Assembly (NCBI GenBank): GCA_900755035.1
Contig: CAAEEZ010000014.1
Span: 16,863-80,862, forward strand
From: Clostridia bacterium
GTDB taxonomy: Bacteria > Bacillota > Clostridia > Christensenellales > CAAEEZ01
Length of the DNA stretch: 64,000 nucleotides
Direction: 5' to 3'
Each line of letters opens with the position of its first letter. Position 1 is the first letter of the stretch. Of this stretch, positions 41,607 to 53,086 are shown in pieces. Made by a program: the position numbers and the translations under genes. The notes beneath the pieces were generated by a model. The model ran no database searches. It was not told where the DNA came from and was given only the letters and a program-made list of their open reading frames with translations.

Positions 41607-44264
41607 ATGAGTATTTTTAATAAAATCTTTTTATCCGAAAACGATAGAAACGTAAAAAAAATCAAAAAAATTGCCGATAAAGTATTAGAACTAGACGAGC
41701 AATTTTCCAAAAAGAGCGACGAAGAGTTAAAAAACCTTACTGCGACTCTAAAAGAAAGATATCAACAAGGCGAAAGTTTGGATAGCCTTTTGCCCGAAGC
41801 GTTTGCAAATTGCAGAGAGGCTGCGTGTAGAGTGCTTAAAATGAAGCACTTCCCCGTACAAGTTATGGGTGGCGTGTGCTTGCACCAAGGCAGAATAGCC
41901 GAAATGCACACGGGTGAAGGTAAAACGCTCGTTGCAACCTTACCAGCATACCTTAACGCACTTGCTGGAAGGGGCGTATTCGTAGTAACCGTCAACGACT
42001 ATCTAGCATCAAGGGATGCTCAGTGGATGGGCAAGATATACAAGTTTTTAGGCTTGACGGTAGGCGTAGTCGTTAGTGGAATGAAACCCGAGGAAAAGAA
42101 GAAGGCTTATTCTTGCGATATAATTTACGCAACTAACAACGAACTAGGCTTTGACTATCTAAGAGATAATATGGTGCTAGACAAGGACGACAAAGTGCAA
42201 AAAGACTTGTACTTTGCAATCGTGGACGAGGTGGATAGTATCCTTATCGACGAGGCGAGAACACCGCTTATCATTAGTGGCGCAGGTAGTAAGTCTAGCG
42301 ACTTATACGTAAAGGCAAATCGTTTTGTAAAAGGCTTAAATGAAGACGACTATTTCGTAGAAGAAAAGGACAAAACGGTAAACCTTACCGAAGAAGGCGT
42401 AGCAAAGGCAGAACTTTATTTTAAGCTTGAAAACCTTGCAGACCCAAATAATACCGACCTTGTACATCATATTCGCCAAGCGTTAAAAGCGAATATTATT
42501 ATGAAGAAAGATAGCGACTATATCGTATCCGACGGCGAAGTGCTAATCGTAGACGAGTTTACAGGTAGAATTATGATAGGTCGTAGATATAGCGACGGCT
42601 TGCACCAAGCAATCGAAGCAAAGGAAAACGTTGCGATTAGGGCTGAAAACAAGACGATGGCTACCATTACATTCCAAAACTATTTTAGGTTATTTGAAAA
42701 GTTAAGTGGTATGACGGGTACTGCAAAAACCGAAGAAGAGGAATTTAAGGGTATTTACGGGCTAGACGTAGTGGTGCTTCCAACAAACTTGCCTATAAAA
42801 AGGATAGACGAAAACGACGTTATTTACCCAACCGTAAAAGGCAAAATCAAGTGCATTATCGAAGATATTAAGGAGTGTTACGACCGTGGTCAACCTGTCT
42901 TAGTAGGTACTATTACGGTTGAAAAGAGTGAAGCGCTAGCAAAGGAACTAAGAAGAGAAAAAATACCTTGCAAAGTGCTAAACGCTAAAAACCACGCACT
43001 AGAAGCAGAAATCGTAGCGCAAGCAGGTAAGAAAGGCGCAGTTACTATTGCAACTAATATGGCTGGTCGTGGTACGGATATTTTGCTAGGTGGTAACCCA
43101 GAATTTTTGGCAAAAGAAGAAATGCAAAAACTTGGTTACGAGCTAGATATTATCGAGCAAGCAACTTCTTTTGCAACCATTACCGACGAACAAGTACTAA
43201 AAGCAAGAGAAAAATACAACGAGTTATACGCTAAATACAAAGAGCAAACCGATAAGGAAAAAGCAGAAGTTAAGGCAGTAGGCGGACTACGTATTATAGG
43301 TACTGAAAGGCACGAAAGTAGACGTATCGACAACCAATTACGTGGTCGTGCAGGTCGTCAAGGCGACGAAGGTTCTTCTATTTTCTACATATCTATGGAG
43401 GACGACCTAACTAGGTTGTTTGGTGGCGACAAAATGAAGGCAGTTGCAGAAACCTTGCACGCCGAGGAAGATATGCCTATAACAAACGCCATTATATCCA
43501 AGTCGATTGAAAGAGCGCAAAAGAGCGTAGAAGGCAGAAACTACTCTATAAGAAAACAAGTGCTAGCTTACGATAACGTAATGAACAAGCAAAGGGAGAT
43601 TATCTACCAAGAAAGAAATAAGATTTTGGACGGAGTAGAACTTCATAGCCAATTACTTGATATGATAAATCCTATTGCTCAAAACGTAGTAGGGTACTAC
43701 GCCGACTACGATACCGACTTTAACGAGTGGGATTACGATGCGTTTAATAGGGCTATCGAGGCAAGACTACTTGACCAAGGCACGAACTTTATGACGCCTA
43801 AAAAAGCGGCTGTGTTCGACGTGTACAAGTTGTCCGAGATGATTACCGAAGAGGCAATTAAGCAATACGAGGCTAAAATAGAAAGGGCAAAAGAGCAAGG
43901 TATCGACTTTACTAAAATAGAAAGATTCATTATGTTGAAAGTAATAGATACCAAGTGGATGGCGCATATCGACGATATGGACGTATTAAGGCACGGTATC
44001 GGTCTACGTGCGTACGGTCAACGTGACCCGGTTGTTGCATATCAAAAGGAAGGCTTTGATATGTTCGAGGAAATGCTTGACGCAATCAAAACCGACACGG
44101 TATGCTTCCTTCTTAAAGTAAGCGTAGAGGAAAAGGAACAAAACCAAGAGGAAATCGTAAAAAATTCGAGTGCAAAACACGCTAAAAAGACGGTGGGAAG
44201 GAACGATCCTTGCCCTTGCGGAAGTGGTAAAAAGTACAAGAATTGTTGCGGTAAAAACCTATAA
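41607..44264 (+). CDS. secA: Preprotein translocase ATPase SecA
   Basis: It has the DEAD-like motor motifs (MHTGEGKTL, VDEVDSILIDEARTPLIISG, TNMAGRGTDI) and the C-terminal zinc motif CPCGSGKKYKNCCG. Confidence 0.97.
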   Translation: MSIFNKIFLSENDRNVKKIKKIADKVLELDEQFSKKSDEELKNLTATLKERYQQGESLDSLLPEAFANCREAACRVLKMKHFPVQVMGGVCLHQGRIAEMHTGEGKTLVATLPAYLNALAGRGVFVVTVNDYLASRDAQWMGKIYKFLGLTVGVVVSGMKPEEKKKAYSCDIIYATNNELGFDYLRDNMVLDKDDKVQKDLYFAIVDEVDSILIDEARTPLIISGAGSKSSDLYVKANRFVKGLNEDDYFVEEKDKTVNLTEEGVAKAELYFKLENLADPNNTDLVHHIRQALKANIIMKKDSDYIVSDGEVLIVDEFTGRIMIGRRYSDGLHQAIEAKENVAIRAENKTMATITFQNYFRLFEKLSGMTGTAKTEEEEFKGIYGLDVVVLPTNLPIKRIDENDVIYPTVKGKIKCIIEDIKECYDRGQPVLVGTITVEKSEALAKELRREKIPCKVLNAKNHALEAEIVAQAGKKGAVTIATNMAGRGTDILLGGNPEFLAKEEMQKLGYELDIIEQATSFATITDEQVLKAREKYNELYAKYKEQTDKEKAEVKAVGGLRIIGTERHESRRIDNQLRGRAGRQGDEGSSIFYISMEDDLTRLFGGDKMKAVAETLHAEEDMPITNAIISKSIERAQKSVEGRNYSIRKQVLAYDNVMNKQREIIYQERNKILDGVELHSQLLDMINPIAQNVVGYYADYDTDFNEWDYDAFNRAIEARLLDQGTNFMTPKKAAVFDVYKLSEMITEEAIKQYEAKIERAKEQGIDFTKIERFIMLKVIDTKWMAHIDDMDVLRHGIGLRAYGQRDPVVAYQKEGFDMFEEMLDAIKTDTVCFLLKVSVEEKEQNQEEIVKNSSAKHAKKTVGRNDPCPCGSGKKYKNCCGKNL

Positions 44265-44279
44265 ACCCCAAGGAGAGAT

Positions 44280-45381
44280 ATGATAGATTTTTTTGAAACC
44301 AGACAAACGCTGAAAAGACTTAGGGGAATAGTCGTTTCGGCGGGGGAGTCTCTTTGACTTAAATAAGGTAAAAGAAGAGATAGAGAAACTAACCGAGGAG
44401 CAGAACAAGGAAGATTTTTGGCTAGATACCGAAAACGCTCAAAAAGTATCGGCTACCTTAAAACGTAATCAAAATAAAATAAATAAGAACGTTGCTTTTT
44501 TGTCTAGGATAGACGACCTTGAAACTATGGTGGACTTAGTTGAAGAAGAAATGGACGAAAAAGAGGCAGAGGAAATTGAAAACGAACTAAAAAGCCTAGA
44601 AGCCGACCTAGAAAAATATAGGTTAGAAACGCTATTTAAGGGCAAGTACGACGGCTTAAACGCCATACTTACCTTGCACGCAGGAGCGGGCGGAACAGAG
44701 GCTCAGGATTGGGCAAGTATGCTGTTTAGAATGTATTCAAGGTACGTGGAAAAGAGCGAAAAATTCTCACTTAGCGTGCTTGACGTTCTTGACGGCGACG
44801 AGGCTGGCTACAAGTCCATTACGTTTAGAATAGAAGGCGACAATGCGTACGGCTTTTTCAAGGCGGAAAAGGGCGTTCATAGGCTGGTTCGAATATCGCC
44901 GTTTGACGCTAATAAGCGTAGGCACACGTCGTTTGCATCTCTTGACGTAATGCCTGAGATAATCGACAACGACGAAATAGTTATTCGCCCCGAGGAAATA
45001 AAGGTGGATACCTACCGAAGCAGTGGAGCGGGTGGTCAGCACGTAAATAAAACGTCGTCGGCAGTAAGAATGACGCATATCCCAACGGGAATAATCGTTC
45101 AGTGCCAAAACGAAAGAAGTCAAATACAAAATAGAGAAACGGCGCTTAATATGCTGAAAGGTAAACTTGCCGAATTAAAAGAAAGAAAACAGCAAGAAGA
45201 AGCGCAAAATATTCAGGGCGACCTAAAAAAGATAGAATGGGGTAGCCAAATAAGAAGTTACGTATTTTGCCCTTACACTATGGTAAAGGACCACCGTACA
45301 GGATACGAAACGGGCAATATTCAAGCAGTAATGGACGGAGAAATAGAGGATTTTATTTACGAATACCTAAAACGTTGCTAA
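44280..45381 (+). CDS. prfB: Peptide chain release factor 2, expressed through programmed +1 ribosomal frameshift
   Basis: Frame 0 reads ATG 44280 ... GGG GAG TCT CTT TGA (stop at 44355..44357). The +1 frame continues from GAC 44356 without a stop into the track ORF (44500..45381), which carries SPF and GGQ (RSSGAGGQHVNK). The joined product starts MIDFFETRQTLKRLRGIVVSAGESL/DLNKVKEEIEKL... Confidence 0.9.
44343..44358 (+). promoter_or_regulatory. RF2 autoregulatory +1 frameshift site
   Basis: GGGGAG (an internal Shine-Dalgarno-like element), then TCT, then CTT TGA C. This is the canonical slippery Leu codon followed by an in-frame UGA with a C at the next position. Confidence 0.85.
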
Positions 45382-45382
45382 T

Positions 45383-46444
45383 ATGACTTACGAAGAAATA
45401 ATTGAGGAAAAATTTAATAAAATCAGGGACAAGGAAGATATCGTAATTTTGGGTATCGAGTCTAGTTGCGACGAAACTGCTGCTTCTGTGGTAAGGGGCG
45501 GAAGAGAGGTGCTTTCAAATATCGTTGCCTCGCAAATAGATATTCACCGTAGGTTTGGTGGAGTCGTACCTGAAATAGCAAGTAGAAATCACGTAACTGC
45601 AATAGACAACGTGGTAAAAAACGCATTAAAGGACGCAAATATGACCTTGGACGACGTGGACTGTATAGCAGTTACTTACGGGGCAGGGCTACTTGGAGCA
45701 CTAATAGTTGGCGTAAGTTATGCAAAAGCACTTTCTTTTGCTAAAAAAATACCACTAATTGCAGTTAGCCACGTAAAAGGGCATATATCGGCAAATTACG
45801 TCGCTAATAAAGAGTTAGAGCCACCGTATATCTGTTTGCTTTGTTCGGGCGGACATACTGCTATTATAAAGGCAAAAGACTACGGCACCGTTGAAATGCT
45901 AGGTTCTACGCAGGACGACGCAGTAGGCGAAGCGTTCGATAAGGTAGCAAGAGTATTAGGCTTGCCGTACCCTGGTGGACCCGAGGTACAAAAACTTGCT
46001 AGGGAAGGCAAGGCGAATATTCCTTTTCCAAAGCCGTATAAAAACGAAAAGCATTACAATTTTTCTTATAGTGGCATTAAAACGGGTGTAATAAATTACG
46101 TTAGAAACAACGAGGATAGAAAAGTCGAGATAAACAAGGCGGACGTAGCGCGCTCTTTTCAAGAGGTGGCAGTGTCTATGTTAGTTGACAACGCAGTTAG
46201 AGCGGCAGAGGATACGGGCATTAAAAAAATAGTAGTTGCAGGTGGCGTAGGTGCAAACGAAAGGCTAAGGGAATTGCTTAGCCAAAAGGCAAAGAAAAAA
46301 GGTATAGAAGTGTACTATCCGCCACTAAAATTATGCACGGACAACGCCGTTATGATAGCAAGTTGCGCTTACTTTATGATAAAGTCGGGCGCAAGACCTG
46401 CTAAGGCAGATTTGGACGCTAGTTCAACGGTAAAAATTCAGTAA
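45383..46444 (+). CDS. tsaD: tRNA N6-adenosine threonylcarbamoyltransferase
   Basis: ILGIESSCDETAA, HxxGH (SHVKGH) and the Kae1/TsaD C-terminal motifs are present. Confidence 0.95.
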   Translation: MTYEEIIEEKFNKIRDKEDIVILGIESSCDETAASVVRGGREVLSNIVASQIDIHRRFGGVVPEIASRNHVTAIDNVVKNALKDANMTLDDVDCIAVTYGAGLLGALIVGVSYAKALSFAKKIPLIAVSHVKGHISANYVANKELEPPYICLLCSGGHTAIIKAKDYGTVEMLGSTQDDAVGEAFDKVARVLGLPYPGGPEVQKLAREGKANIPFPKPYKNEKHYNFSYSGIKTGVINYVRNNEDRKVEINKADVARSFQEVAVSMLVDNAVRAAEDTGIKKIVVAGGVGANERLRELLSQKAKKKGIEVYYPPLKLCTDNAVMIASCAYFMIKSGARPAKADLDASSTVKIQ

Positions 46445-46446
46445 AA

Positions 46447-46477
46447 AAAGCCCTTAAATTAGGGCTTTTTATTTTTT
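46447..46477 (+). terminator. Rho-independent terminator after tsaD
   Basis: AAAGCCCT-TAAATT-AGGGCTTT hairpin followed by a T-rich tract. Confidence 0.75.
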
Positions 46478-46702
46478 CGTTTTAGTTTATAAAAGTTAGG
46501 AAAAGGGAGTTTTTAGTAGCAAGGCAAGTAAGCGATAAAAAACGGTTTTGTATAGTATATATATTTATATCTAATATCTATAACAATATTTATCTAGTGG
46601 CTGTAAATTCCTTGATTTTGGATATAAAATATGCTAAATTATACTTATAAAAAAATTTTTTTCAATAATATTTTATAATTTTTCAAAAGCAGTACAATTT
46701 AT

Positions 46703-46731
46703 TTGACATATTGTCTAAATATTGATAAAAT
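46703..46731 (+). promoter_or_regulatory. Sigma-A promoter of the str-type ribosomal protein operon
   Basis: TTGACA (46703..46708), a 17-nt spacer, and TG-extended TAAAAT (46726..46731). It sits in a very AT-rich, UP-element-like 300-nt intergenic region. Confidence 0.5.
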
Positions 46732-46785
46732 GATATAACTTGTAGTAGGTGCAAGTATTATAATATTGTCAAAAATATTAGGATA

Positions 46786-47040
46786 ATGGAAGAGTTAAAA
46801 GAAAAACTTGCTAACAAAACTTTAAGAGTCGTTGGTTTAAGACAAGTCTTAAAGGGTTTAGATAAAGGCGAGATCGGGTGTGTTATTCTCGCCAAAGACG
46901 CAGATAGTTATTTCAAAAGATGCGTTACCGAAAGCGCAAAAGAAAGCGGCGTTAAAGTAATCGAGGTACAATCCAAAGTATTACTTGCTTCCTATTGTAA
47001 CGTCGAAGTGCTGGTGGGCGTAGCCGGACTGAAATGCTAA
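46786..47040 (+). CDS. ybxF: L7Ae/L30e family ribosome-associated protein (YbxF-like)
   Basis: An 84-aa L7Ae-fold sequence (VVGLRQVLKGLDKGEIGCVILAKDAD). It is positioned directly upstream of rpsL, as in Bacillus. Confidence 0.75.
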   Translation: MEELKEKLANKTLRVVGLRQVLKGLDKGEIGCVILAKDADSYFKRCVTESAKESGVKVIEVQSKVLLASYCNVEVLVGVAGLKC

Positions 47041-47129
47041 AAGCAAGCATCTGTGCTTAAACAGAAATAGTATGGGTATCCTTCGGGGTTGCTGGACACT
47101 CATCCGAAAAATTTACAGGAGGTAATACA

Positions 47130-47501
47130 ATGCCAACAATTAATCAATTGATTAGGCAAGGCCGTCAAAAACAAGTTACAAAGTCAAATTCACCTATTTT
47201 GGAGAATTGTCCTCAAAAGAGAGGTGTTTGCCTTAGCGTAACTACCACTTCTCCAAAAAAACCAAACTCAGCACTTAGAAAAATCGCTAGGGTTAGATTG
47301 GTTAACGGTATGGAAGGTACTGTTTATATTCCAGGTATCGGACATAACCTACAAGAGCACAGCGTTGTTCTTATGAGAGGCGGAAGAGTAAAAGACTTGC
47401 CAGGTGTTAGGTATCACATTATTCGTGGTGCATTAGACGCAGCAGGCGTTGCTAACAGAAAGCAAGCTAGATCAAAATACGGCGCAAAGAAAGCAAAATA
47501 A
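47130..47501 (+). CDS. rpsL: 30S ribosomal protein S12
   Basis: [12 protein letters not shown]...[10 protein letters not shown]... Confidence 0.98.
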   Translation: MPTINQLIRQGRQKQVTKSNSPILENCPQKRGVCLSVTTTSPKKPNSALRKIARVRLVNGMEGTVYIPGIGHNLQEHSVVLMRGGRVKDLPGVRYHIIRGALDAAGVANRKQARSKYGAKKAK

Positions 47502-47549
47502 TTGCTTCGGATGACAAAACAACCAAATAAGATATAAGGAGAAATAAAT

Positions 47550-48020
47550 ATGCCTAGAAGAGCAGGCGTCCCAAAGAGAGACGTTCTACCTGATCCAGTG
47601 TACGGAAGCAAGGTTATTACCAAGTTAATCAACCAAGTTATGTACGATGGAAAAAGAGGTACGGCGCAAACTATCGTTTATGACGCTTTTGAAATAATTG
47701 AACAAAAATTATCACTAAATCCTATGGATGTATTTAACAAGGCATTAGAAAACATTATGCCTGTGTTAGAAGTTAAAGCAAGAAGAGTTGGTGGTTCTAC
47801 CTACCAAGTTCCACTTGAAATTAGACCTGACAGAAGACAAACGCTTGGTATAAGATGGCTAGTTCTTTACGCTAGAAAAAGAGGCGAAAAGAATATGGAT
47901 GCTAGATTAGCCGGCGAAATCATGGACGCTTATAACAACACCGGTGCTGCCGTTAAGAAGAAGGAAGATACGCACCGTATGGCAGAGGCTAACAAAGCAT
48001 TTGCACACTATCGTTGGTAA
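47550..48020 (+). CDS. rpsG: 30S ribosomal protein S7
   Basis: MPRR...VLPDPVYGS...[16 protein letters not shown]... Confidence 0.98.
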   Translation: MPRRAGVPKRDVLPDPVYGSKVITKLINQVMYDGKRGTAQTIVYDAFEIIEQKLSLNPMDVFNKALENIMPVLEVKARRVGGSTYQVPLEIRPDRRQTLGIRWLVLYARKRGEKNMDARLAGEIMDAYNNTGAAVKKKEDTHRMAEANKAFAHYRW

Positions 48021-48045
48021 TCCCCGACGTAGTGAGGAGGAATAA

Positions 48046-50121
48046 ATGTCAAGAGAATATTCTTTAGAGAAAACTAGAAATATCGGTATTATGGCGCACA
48101 TCGACGCTGGTAAAACCACTACTACCGAGCGTATCCTATTCTATACGGGAAAAACTCACAAACTTGGTGAAACCCACGACGGCGCTGCAACTATGGACTG
48201 GATGGAGCAAGAGCAAGAAAGAGGTATTACTATTACTTCTGCCGCTACTACTTGTCATTGGGCAGACCACTGCATCAATATTATTGATACCCCGGGCCAC
48301 GTTGACTTTACCGTAGAGGTTGAAAGAAGCCTTAGAGTACTAGACGGAGCAGTTGCTTTGTTCTGTGCAAAGGGTGGCGTTGAACCTCAATCTGAAACCG
48401 TTTGGAGACAAGCAGATAAATACCGTGTACCAAGAATTGCATTCGTAAACAAAATGGACGTTATCGGCGCAAACTTCTACAATGCGGTAGATATGATGAA
48501 AACCAGACTAAAAGCCAATGCAGTTCCTATCGAACTACCTATCGGTAAAGAAGATACTTTCGTAGGTATTATCGATCTAATTGACGAGGATGCGGTTATT
48601 TACGATAACGACCTAGGTACTCAATTCCATACTACTGAAATTCCTGACGATATGAAAGAAGAGGCTAGCGAAGCAAGACAAACTCTTATCGAGGCGCTTG
48701 CTGATACCGACGACGATATTGCAGAGAAATTCTTAATGGAAGAGGAAATCACCGTTAACGAAATCAAAGCAGCATTAAGAAGGGCTACCATCGGTATGAA
48801 AATTACCCCTGTTATGTGCGGTAGCGCATACAGAAACAAGGGTGTACAAAATCTACTTAACGCTATTATTGATTATTTACCATCTCCTATCGATATTCCA
48901 AGTATCGAAGGAACGACTTTGGATGGACAACCTGAATTAAGACATTCTAGCGACGACGAGCCGTTTAGCGCATTGCTATTCAAGGTTATGACCGATAAAT
49001 TCGTAGGTAAACTTGCATTCGTACGTATTTACTCAGGTGTACTTACCACAGGTTCTTACATTATGAACTCGTCTAAGGGTAAGAAAGAAAGAGTAGGCCG
49101 TATCGTTAGAATGCACGCTAACGAAAGACAAGATATTAATGAGGCTTACGCCGGTGATATAGTTGCTATCGTAGGATTAAAAGAGTCTACGACCGGTAAC
49201 TCACTATGCGATCCTGACCATCCTGTTATTCTGGAAGATATGGAGTTCCCAGACCCGGTTATTAACGTTGCTATCGAGCCTAAGACCAAAGCAGGTCAAG
49301 AAAAAATGGGCTTAGCGCTAGTTAAACTTGCCGAGGAAGACCCTACTTTCAAAACCTATACTAACCAAGAAACCGGACAAACTATTATTGCAGGTATGGG
49401 CGAACTTCACCTAGATATAATCGTAGATAGACTTCTTCGTGAATTTAAGGTTGAGGCAAACGTTGGTAAACCACAAGTTGCTTATCGTGAGTCTATTAAG
49501 AAAACCGTTCAAAAAGAAGGCAAATTCGTTCGTCAATCTGGTGGTAAAGGTCAATACGGACACTGCGTAATCATACTTGAACCATTAGAGCCAGGCACGG
49601 GTACTCAATTTGAAGATAAAACCGTTGGTGGAAGTATTCCAAAAGAGTATATCCCAGCAGTTCAAGCAGGTATTATGGAAGCAAGCCAATGCGGCGTTCT
49701 AGCAGGATATGAAACCGTTGACTTCAAGGCAACCGTTATCGACGGAAGTTACCACGAAGTTGACTCGTCAGAAATGGCGTTCAAAATTGCTGGTTCTATG
49801 GCTTTCAAAGAGGCTGCTAAGGCTGCAAACCCTGTACTACTTGAACCTATTATGAAAGTAGACGTAACTTTACCAGACGAATATCTTGGCGACGTAATGG
49901 GAGGATTAAACTCTCGTCGTGGACAACTAAAAGGTATGGAAATGTCTAACGGTGTACAACTTGTATCTGCTGACGTTCCGCTATCTGAAATGTTCGGATA
50001 TGCAACCGACCTAAGAAGTTGCACGCAAGGTAGAGGTAACTACTCAATGCAATTCTCGCACTATGCCGAAGTGCCAAACAGCATTGCTGAGAAAATTATC
50101 GGCGAAAGAGCAAAAAAATAA
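48046..50121 (+). CDS. fusA: Elongation factor G
   Basis: It has the G-domain motifs [17 protein letters not shown] and NKMD, followed by the full EF-G domains II-V. Confidence 0.98.
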   Translation: MSREYSLEKTRNIGIMAHIDAGKTTTTERILFYTGKTHKLGETHDGAATMDWMEQEQERGITITSAATTCHWADHCINIIDTPGHVDFTVEVERSLRVLDGAVALFCAKGGVEPQSETVWRQADKYRVPRIAFVNKMDVIGANFYNAVDMMKTRLKANAVPIELPIGKEDTFVGIIDLIDEDAVIYDNDLGTQFHTTEIPDDMKEEASEARQTLIEALADTDDDIAEKFLMEEEITVNEIKAALRRATIGMKITPVMCGSAYRNKGVQNLLNAIIDYLPSPIDIPSIEGTTLDGQPELRHSSDDEPFSALLFKVMTDKFVGKLAFVRIYSGVLTTGSYIMNSSKGKKERVGRIVRMHANERQDINEAYAGDIVAIVGLKESTTGNSLCDPDHPVILEDMEFPDPVINVAIEPKTKAGQEKMGLALVKLAEEDPTFKTYTNQETGQTIIAGMGELHLDIIVDRLLREFKVEANVGKPQVAYRESIKKTVQKEGKFVRQSGGKGQYGHCVIILEPLEPGTGTQFEDKTVGGSIPKEYIPAVQAGIMEASQCGVLAGYETVDFKATVIDGSYHEVDSSEMAFKIAGSMAFKEAAKAANPVLLEPIMKVDVTLPDEYLGDVMGGLNSRRGQLKGMEMSNGVQLVSADVPLSEMFGYATDLRSCTQGRGNYSMQFSHYAEVPNSIAEKIIGERAKK

Positions 50122-50199
50122 TATAGCATATTTTATGCAATTATGATATAATAATAAATACAATAATAAAAAATAAGAATTTGTAGGAGGAATTTCAAA

Positions 50200-51411
50200 A
50201 TGGCAAAGGCTAAATTTGAAAGAAACAAACCCCATGTAAACATTGGAACCATTGGTCACGTTGACCACGGTAAGACCACTTTGACTGCTGCTATCACTAT
50301 GTATTGCGCATCTAAGGGTAACGCTGAAGCAATGAAATACGACCAAATCGATAAGGCTCCAGAAGAGAAGGAAAGAGGAATAACCATCAATACTTCTCAC
50401 GTTGAGTACGAAACTGCTAATCGTCACTACGCTCACGTTGACTGCCCAGGACACGCAGACTACGTTAAGAACATGATTACCGGTGCTGCTCAAATGGACG
50501 GCGCTATCCTAGTAGTTGCTGCTTCTGACGGTCCTATGCCTCAAACTAGAGAGCACATCTTGCTTGCTAGACAAGTTGGCGTTCCAAAGATCGTAGTATT
50601 CATGAACAAAAAAGACTTAGTAGACGATCCAGAACTTCTTGAATTAGTTGAAATGGATATCAGAGAATTACTAAGCGAGTACGATTTCCCTGGCGACGAT
50701 ACCCCTATCGTTATCGGTTCTGCTGCTAAGGCAATCGAAGATTTACAAGCTGGTAAAACCGAAGATGAATCTGAGTGGGTTAAAGCTATCGCTGAATTGC
50801 TTGATGCAGTTGACGAATATATCCCTGCTCCAGTTCGTGACACCGAGAAACCTTTCTTGATGCCAGTTGAGGACGTATTTACTATTACTGGTCGTGGTAC
50901 TGTTGCTACCGGTAGAGTAGAGAGAGGATGCTTAAAGATGCAAGATAAAGTTCAAATCGTAGGTCTTCAAGATCAACCTACCGAAACCGTTATTACCGGT
51001 ATCGAAATGTTCAGAAAACTTCTTGACGAAGCATACGCTGGCGATAACATCGGCGCACTTCTAAGAGGTGTTCAAAGAACTGATATCGAAAGAGGACAAG
51101 TTCTTGCAAAACCAGGTTCAATCAACCCTCACACTCATTTCACTTCTCAAGTTTACGTTCTAACTAAAGAAGAAGGTGGAAGACATACTCCTTTCTTTGA
51201 TGGATATCGTCCACAATTCTATTTCAGAACTACCGACGTTACCGGTTCTATCAAACTACCAGAAGGCGTTGAGATGGTTATGCCTGGCGATAACATCGAT
51301 ATGGAAATCACTTTGATTACCCCAATCGCTATCGAAGAAGGTCTTCGTTTCGCTATCCGTGAAGGCGGAAGAACCGTTGGTTCAGGCGTTGTAGCAAAAA
51401 TTTTAGGCTAA
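50200..51411 (+). CDS. tuf: Elongation factor Tu
   Basis: [18 protein letters not shown] and NKKD are present, and the protein is 403 aa. Confidence 0.98.
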   Translation: MAKAKFERNKPHVNIGTIGHVDHGKTTLTAAITMYCASKGNAEAMKYDQIDKAPEEKERGITINTSHVEYETANRHYAHVDCPGHADYVKNMITGAAQMDGAILVVAASDGPMPQTREHILLARQVGVPKIVVFMNKKDLVDDPELLELVEMDIRELLSEYDFPGDDTPIVIGSAAKAIEDLQAGKTEDESEWVKAIAELLDAVDEYIPAPVRDTEKPFLMPVEDVFTITGRGTVATGRVERGCLKMQDKVQIVGLQDQPTETVITGIEMFRKLLDEAYAGDNIGALLRGVQRTDIERGQVLAKPGSINPHTHFTSQVYVLTKEEGGRHTPFFDGYRPQFYFRTTDVTGSIKLPEGVEMVMPGDNIDMEITLITPIAIEEGLRFAIREGGRTVGSGVVAKILG

Positions 51412-51440
51412 TTATCTGCAAATTCATAAAATAATCGTTA

Positions 51441-51464
51441 TGCGTGCCTTTAATTAGGCACGCA
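51441..51464 (+). other. Stable stem-loop between tuf and rpmG without a U tract
   Basis: TGCGTGCCT-TTAATT-AGGCACGCA forms a 9-bp stem. The downstream sequence is not T-rich, so it may be a weak terminator, a processing signal or a stability element. Confidence 0.35.
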
Positions 51465-51561
51465 GGCGATAAATTTAGCAAGATAATAAAACACGAAATC
51501 CTTATTTTGCATAAGGGTAGAGTGTCTACGCAATTTTTTGCGTAATAATGGAGGTGTTACT

Positions 51562-51726
51562 GTGGCTGCGGGAACAAATACAACCAAGATAACCTTAGCT
51601 TGTACGGAATGTAAACATCGTAACTATACCAGTACGAAAAACAAGAAAAATACTCCTGACAGAATGGAATTACAAAAATATTGTAAATTCTGCAAAAAAA
51701 CTACAACTCATAAAGAAACCAAATAA
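51562..51726 (+). CDS. rpmG: 50S ribosomal protein L33
   Basis: GTG 51562 lies behind a GGAGG RBS. The product ...[46 protein letters not shown] has the L33 zinc-ribbon form. The track ORF start at 51538 is probably too far upstream. Confidence 0.85.
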   Translation: MAAGTNTTKITLACTECKHRNYTSTKNKKNTPDRMELQKYCKFCKKTTTHKETK

Positions 51727-51740
51727 TCGGGAGGTTTTTA

Positions 51741-52001
51741 ATGGAACAAACTAAATCCGATAAAAAGGAAAAAAATAATGCTCCTGTTAAAAATAAGGAG
51801 AAGAAAGAGGGATTTTTCAAAAGAACGGGCAGAAAATTCAAAGAATTTTGGTCCGAACTTAAAAAAATTACTTGGCCTGATGCTAAAACCGTTGGCAAAA
51901 ATACGCTTATCGTTTTAGTTGTCGTTTTGATTTTCTTCTTAGTAATTTGGGGATTTGACAGTTTACTAGCATATCTGCTGGGATTATTAGTTAGCGCATA
52001 A
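51741..52001 (+). CDS. secE: Preprotein translocase subunit SecE
   Basis: 86 aa, with a basic N-terminus and a single C-terminal TM preceded by ELKKITWP. It sits between rpmG and nusG. Confidence 0.9.
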   Translation: MEQTKSDKKEKNNAPVKNKEKKEGFFKRTGRKFKEFWSELKKITWPDAKTVGKNTLIVLVVVLIFFLVIWGFDSLLAYLLGLLVSA

Positions 52002-52012
52002 GGAAGGATATA

Positions 52013-52537
52013 ATGGATAATAATGAAGCAAAATGGTATGTAATCCACACATATTCATCTTATGAAAATATGGTAGAGACCAACCTACGTAATATGATTG
52101 AAAATAATAATCTTCAAGATAAAATTTTCGACATAAGAATACCGGTTGAGGACGATATCGTTGAAAAAAACGGCAAACGTAAGGTCGTTCAAAAGAAAAA
52201 ATTCAAAGGTTACGTTTTTGTAAAAATGATTTATACCAACGAAATTTGGTATCTTATCACAAATACCAGAGGCGTTACCGGTTTTGTCGGTCCAAAGGGC
52301 AGACCTGTTCCAATTTCTAACGACGAAGTAAGAAGAATGGGACTAGAAGAGATTGCAGTAGAGGATTTCGACATCAAGGTAGGAGACAATATCCAAGTTA
52401 TCTCCGGTGCATTAGAAGGCTTCCCTGGTGAAGTTGTCGAGGTACTTGGCGACAAACAAAAGGTTAAAGTTATCGTATCGATGTTCGGCCGTGAAACGAC
52501 TGTTGAACTTGATTTTAACCAAGTGGAAAAAATCTAA
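52013..52537 (+). CDS. nusG: Transcription termination/antitermination factor NusG
   Basis: It has an NGN domain (KWYVIHTYSSYE) and a KOW motif (GDNIQVISGALEGFPGEV). Confidence 0.95.
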   Translation: MDNNEAKWYVIHTYSSYENMVETNLRNMIENNNLQDKIFDIRIPVEDDIVEKNGKRKVVQKKKFKGYVFVKMIYTNEIWYLITNTRGVTGFVGPKGRPVPISNDEVRRMGLEEIAVEDFDIKVGDNIQVISGALEGFPGEVVEVLGDKQKVKVIVSMFGRETTVELDFNQVEKI

Positions 52538-52645
52538 TATTTTGAGGAAAAATATTAGTAATACCTTAGGGTATTATGTGGGAGAACGTAAATCTTTTTA
52601 TGCGTTCGAGAAACCACGTTTGTGTAGTGAAGGAGGTATTTCGCT

Positions 52646-53071
52646 ATGGCAAAGAAAATTACGGCAGTAGTAAAATTACAATTACCGGCAGGTAAAGCAA
52701 CTCCGGGACCACCAGTAGGTTCTACCCTTGGTCCGTTCGGTATCAACCTTCCGGGCTTTACGAAAGAATTTAACGCTAAAACCCAAGACAAAGTTGGTCT
52801 TGTAATTCCTTGCGTTATTACGATTTATGCAGATCGTTCTTTCACCTTTATTTTGAAAACCCCACCTACGCCTGTTTTAATTAAAAAGGCATGTGGTATT
52901 GACACGGCTTCGGCTAAGCCGAATTCAGTAAAAGTAGCAAAACTAACCAAAGCACAAGTTAGAGAAATCGCTGAAACGAAAATGCCTGACTTAAACGCTG
53001 CTTCTATCGAGGCTGCTATGAGTATGGTTGCTGGTACTGCTCGTTCTATGGGCGTTACCGTTGAAGATTAG
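52646..53071 (+). CDS. rplK: 50S ribosomal protein L11
   Basis: [25 protein letters not shown]... Confidence 0.98.
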   Translation: MAKKITAVVKLQLPAGKATPGPPVGSTLGPFGINLPGFTKEFNAKTQDKVGLVIPCVITIYADRSFTFILKTPPTPVLIKKACGIDTASAKPNSVKVAKLTKAQVREIAETKMPDLNAASIEAAMSMVAGTARSMGVTVED

Positions 53072-53086
53072 TAGGAGGATATTAGA

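Noticed and set aside
44469-44666. An apparent 5'-truncated prfB plus an antisense 65-aa ORF, suggesting a pseudogene.
   Set aside because: It is explained by the canonical RF2 +1 frameshift at 44352..44358. The antisense ORF is spurious.
47041-47129. A possible structured leader upstream of rpsL containing a CTTCGG-type loop.
   Set aside because: The flanking stem pairs poorly when written out. I cannot support a defined element without a covariance-model scan.
29317-50493. Large antisense or overlapping ORFs lie within rpoB, rpoC, recD2, secA, fusA and tuf (for example 31850..32389, 33043..33558, 39320..39880, 36024..36401, 50044..50493), and within ispDF and the S4 gene (28994..29302, 29317..29718).
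   Set aside because: They overlap highly conserved genes in the opposite or shifted frame, give low-complexity translations, and have no independent signals.
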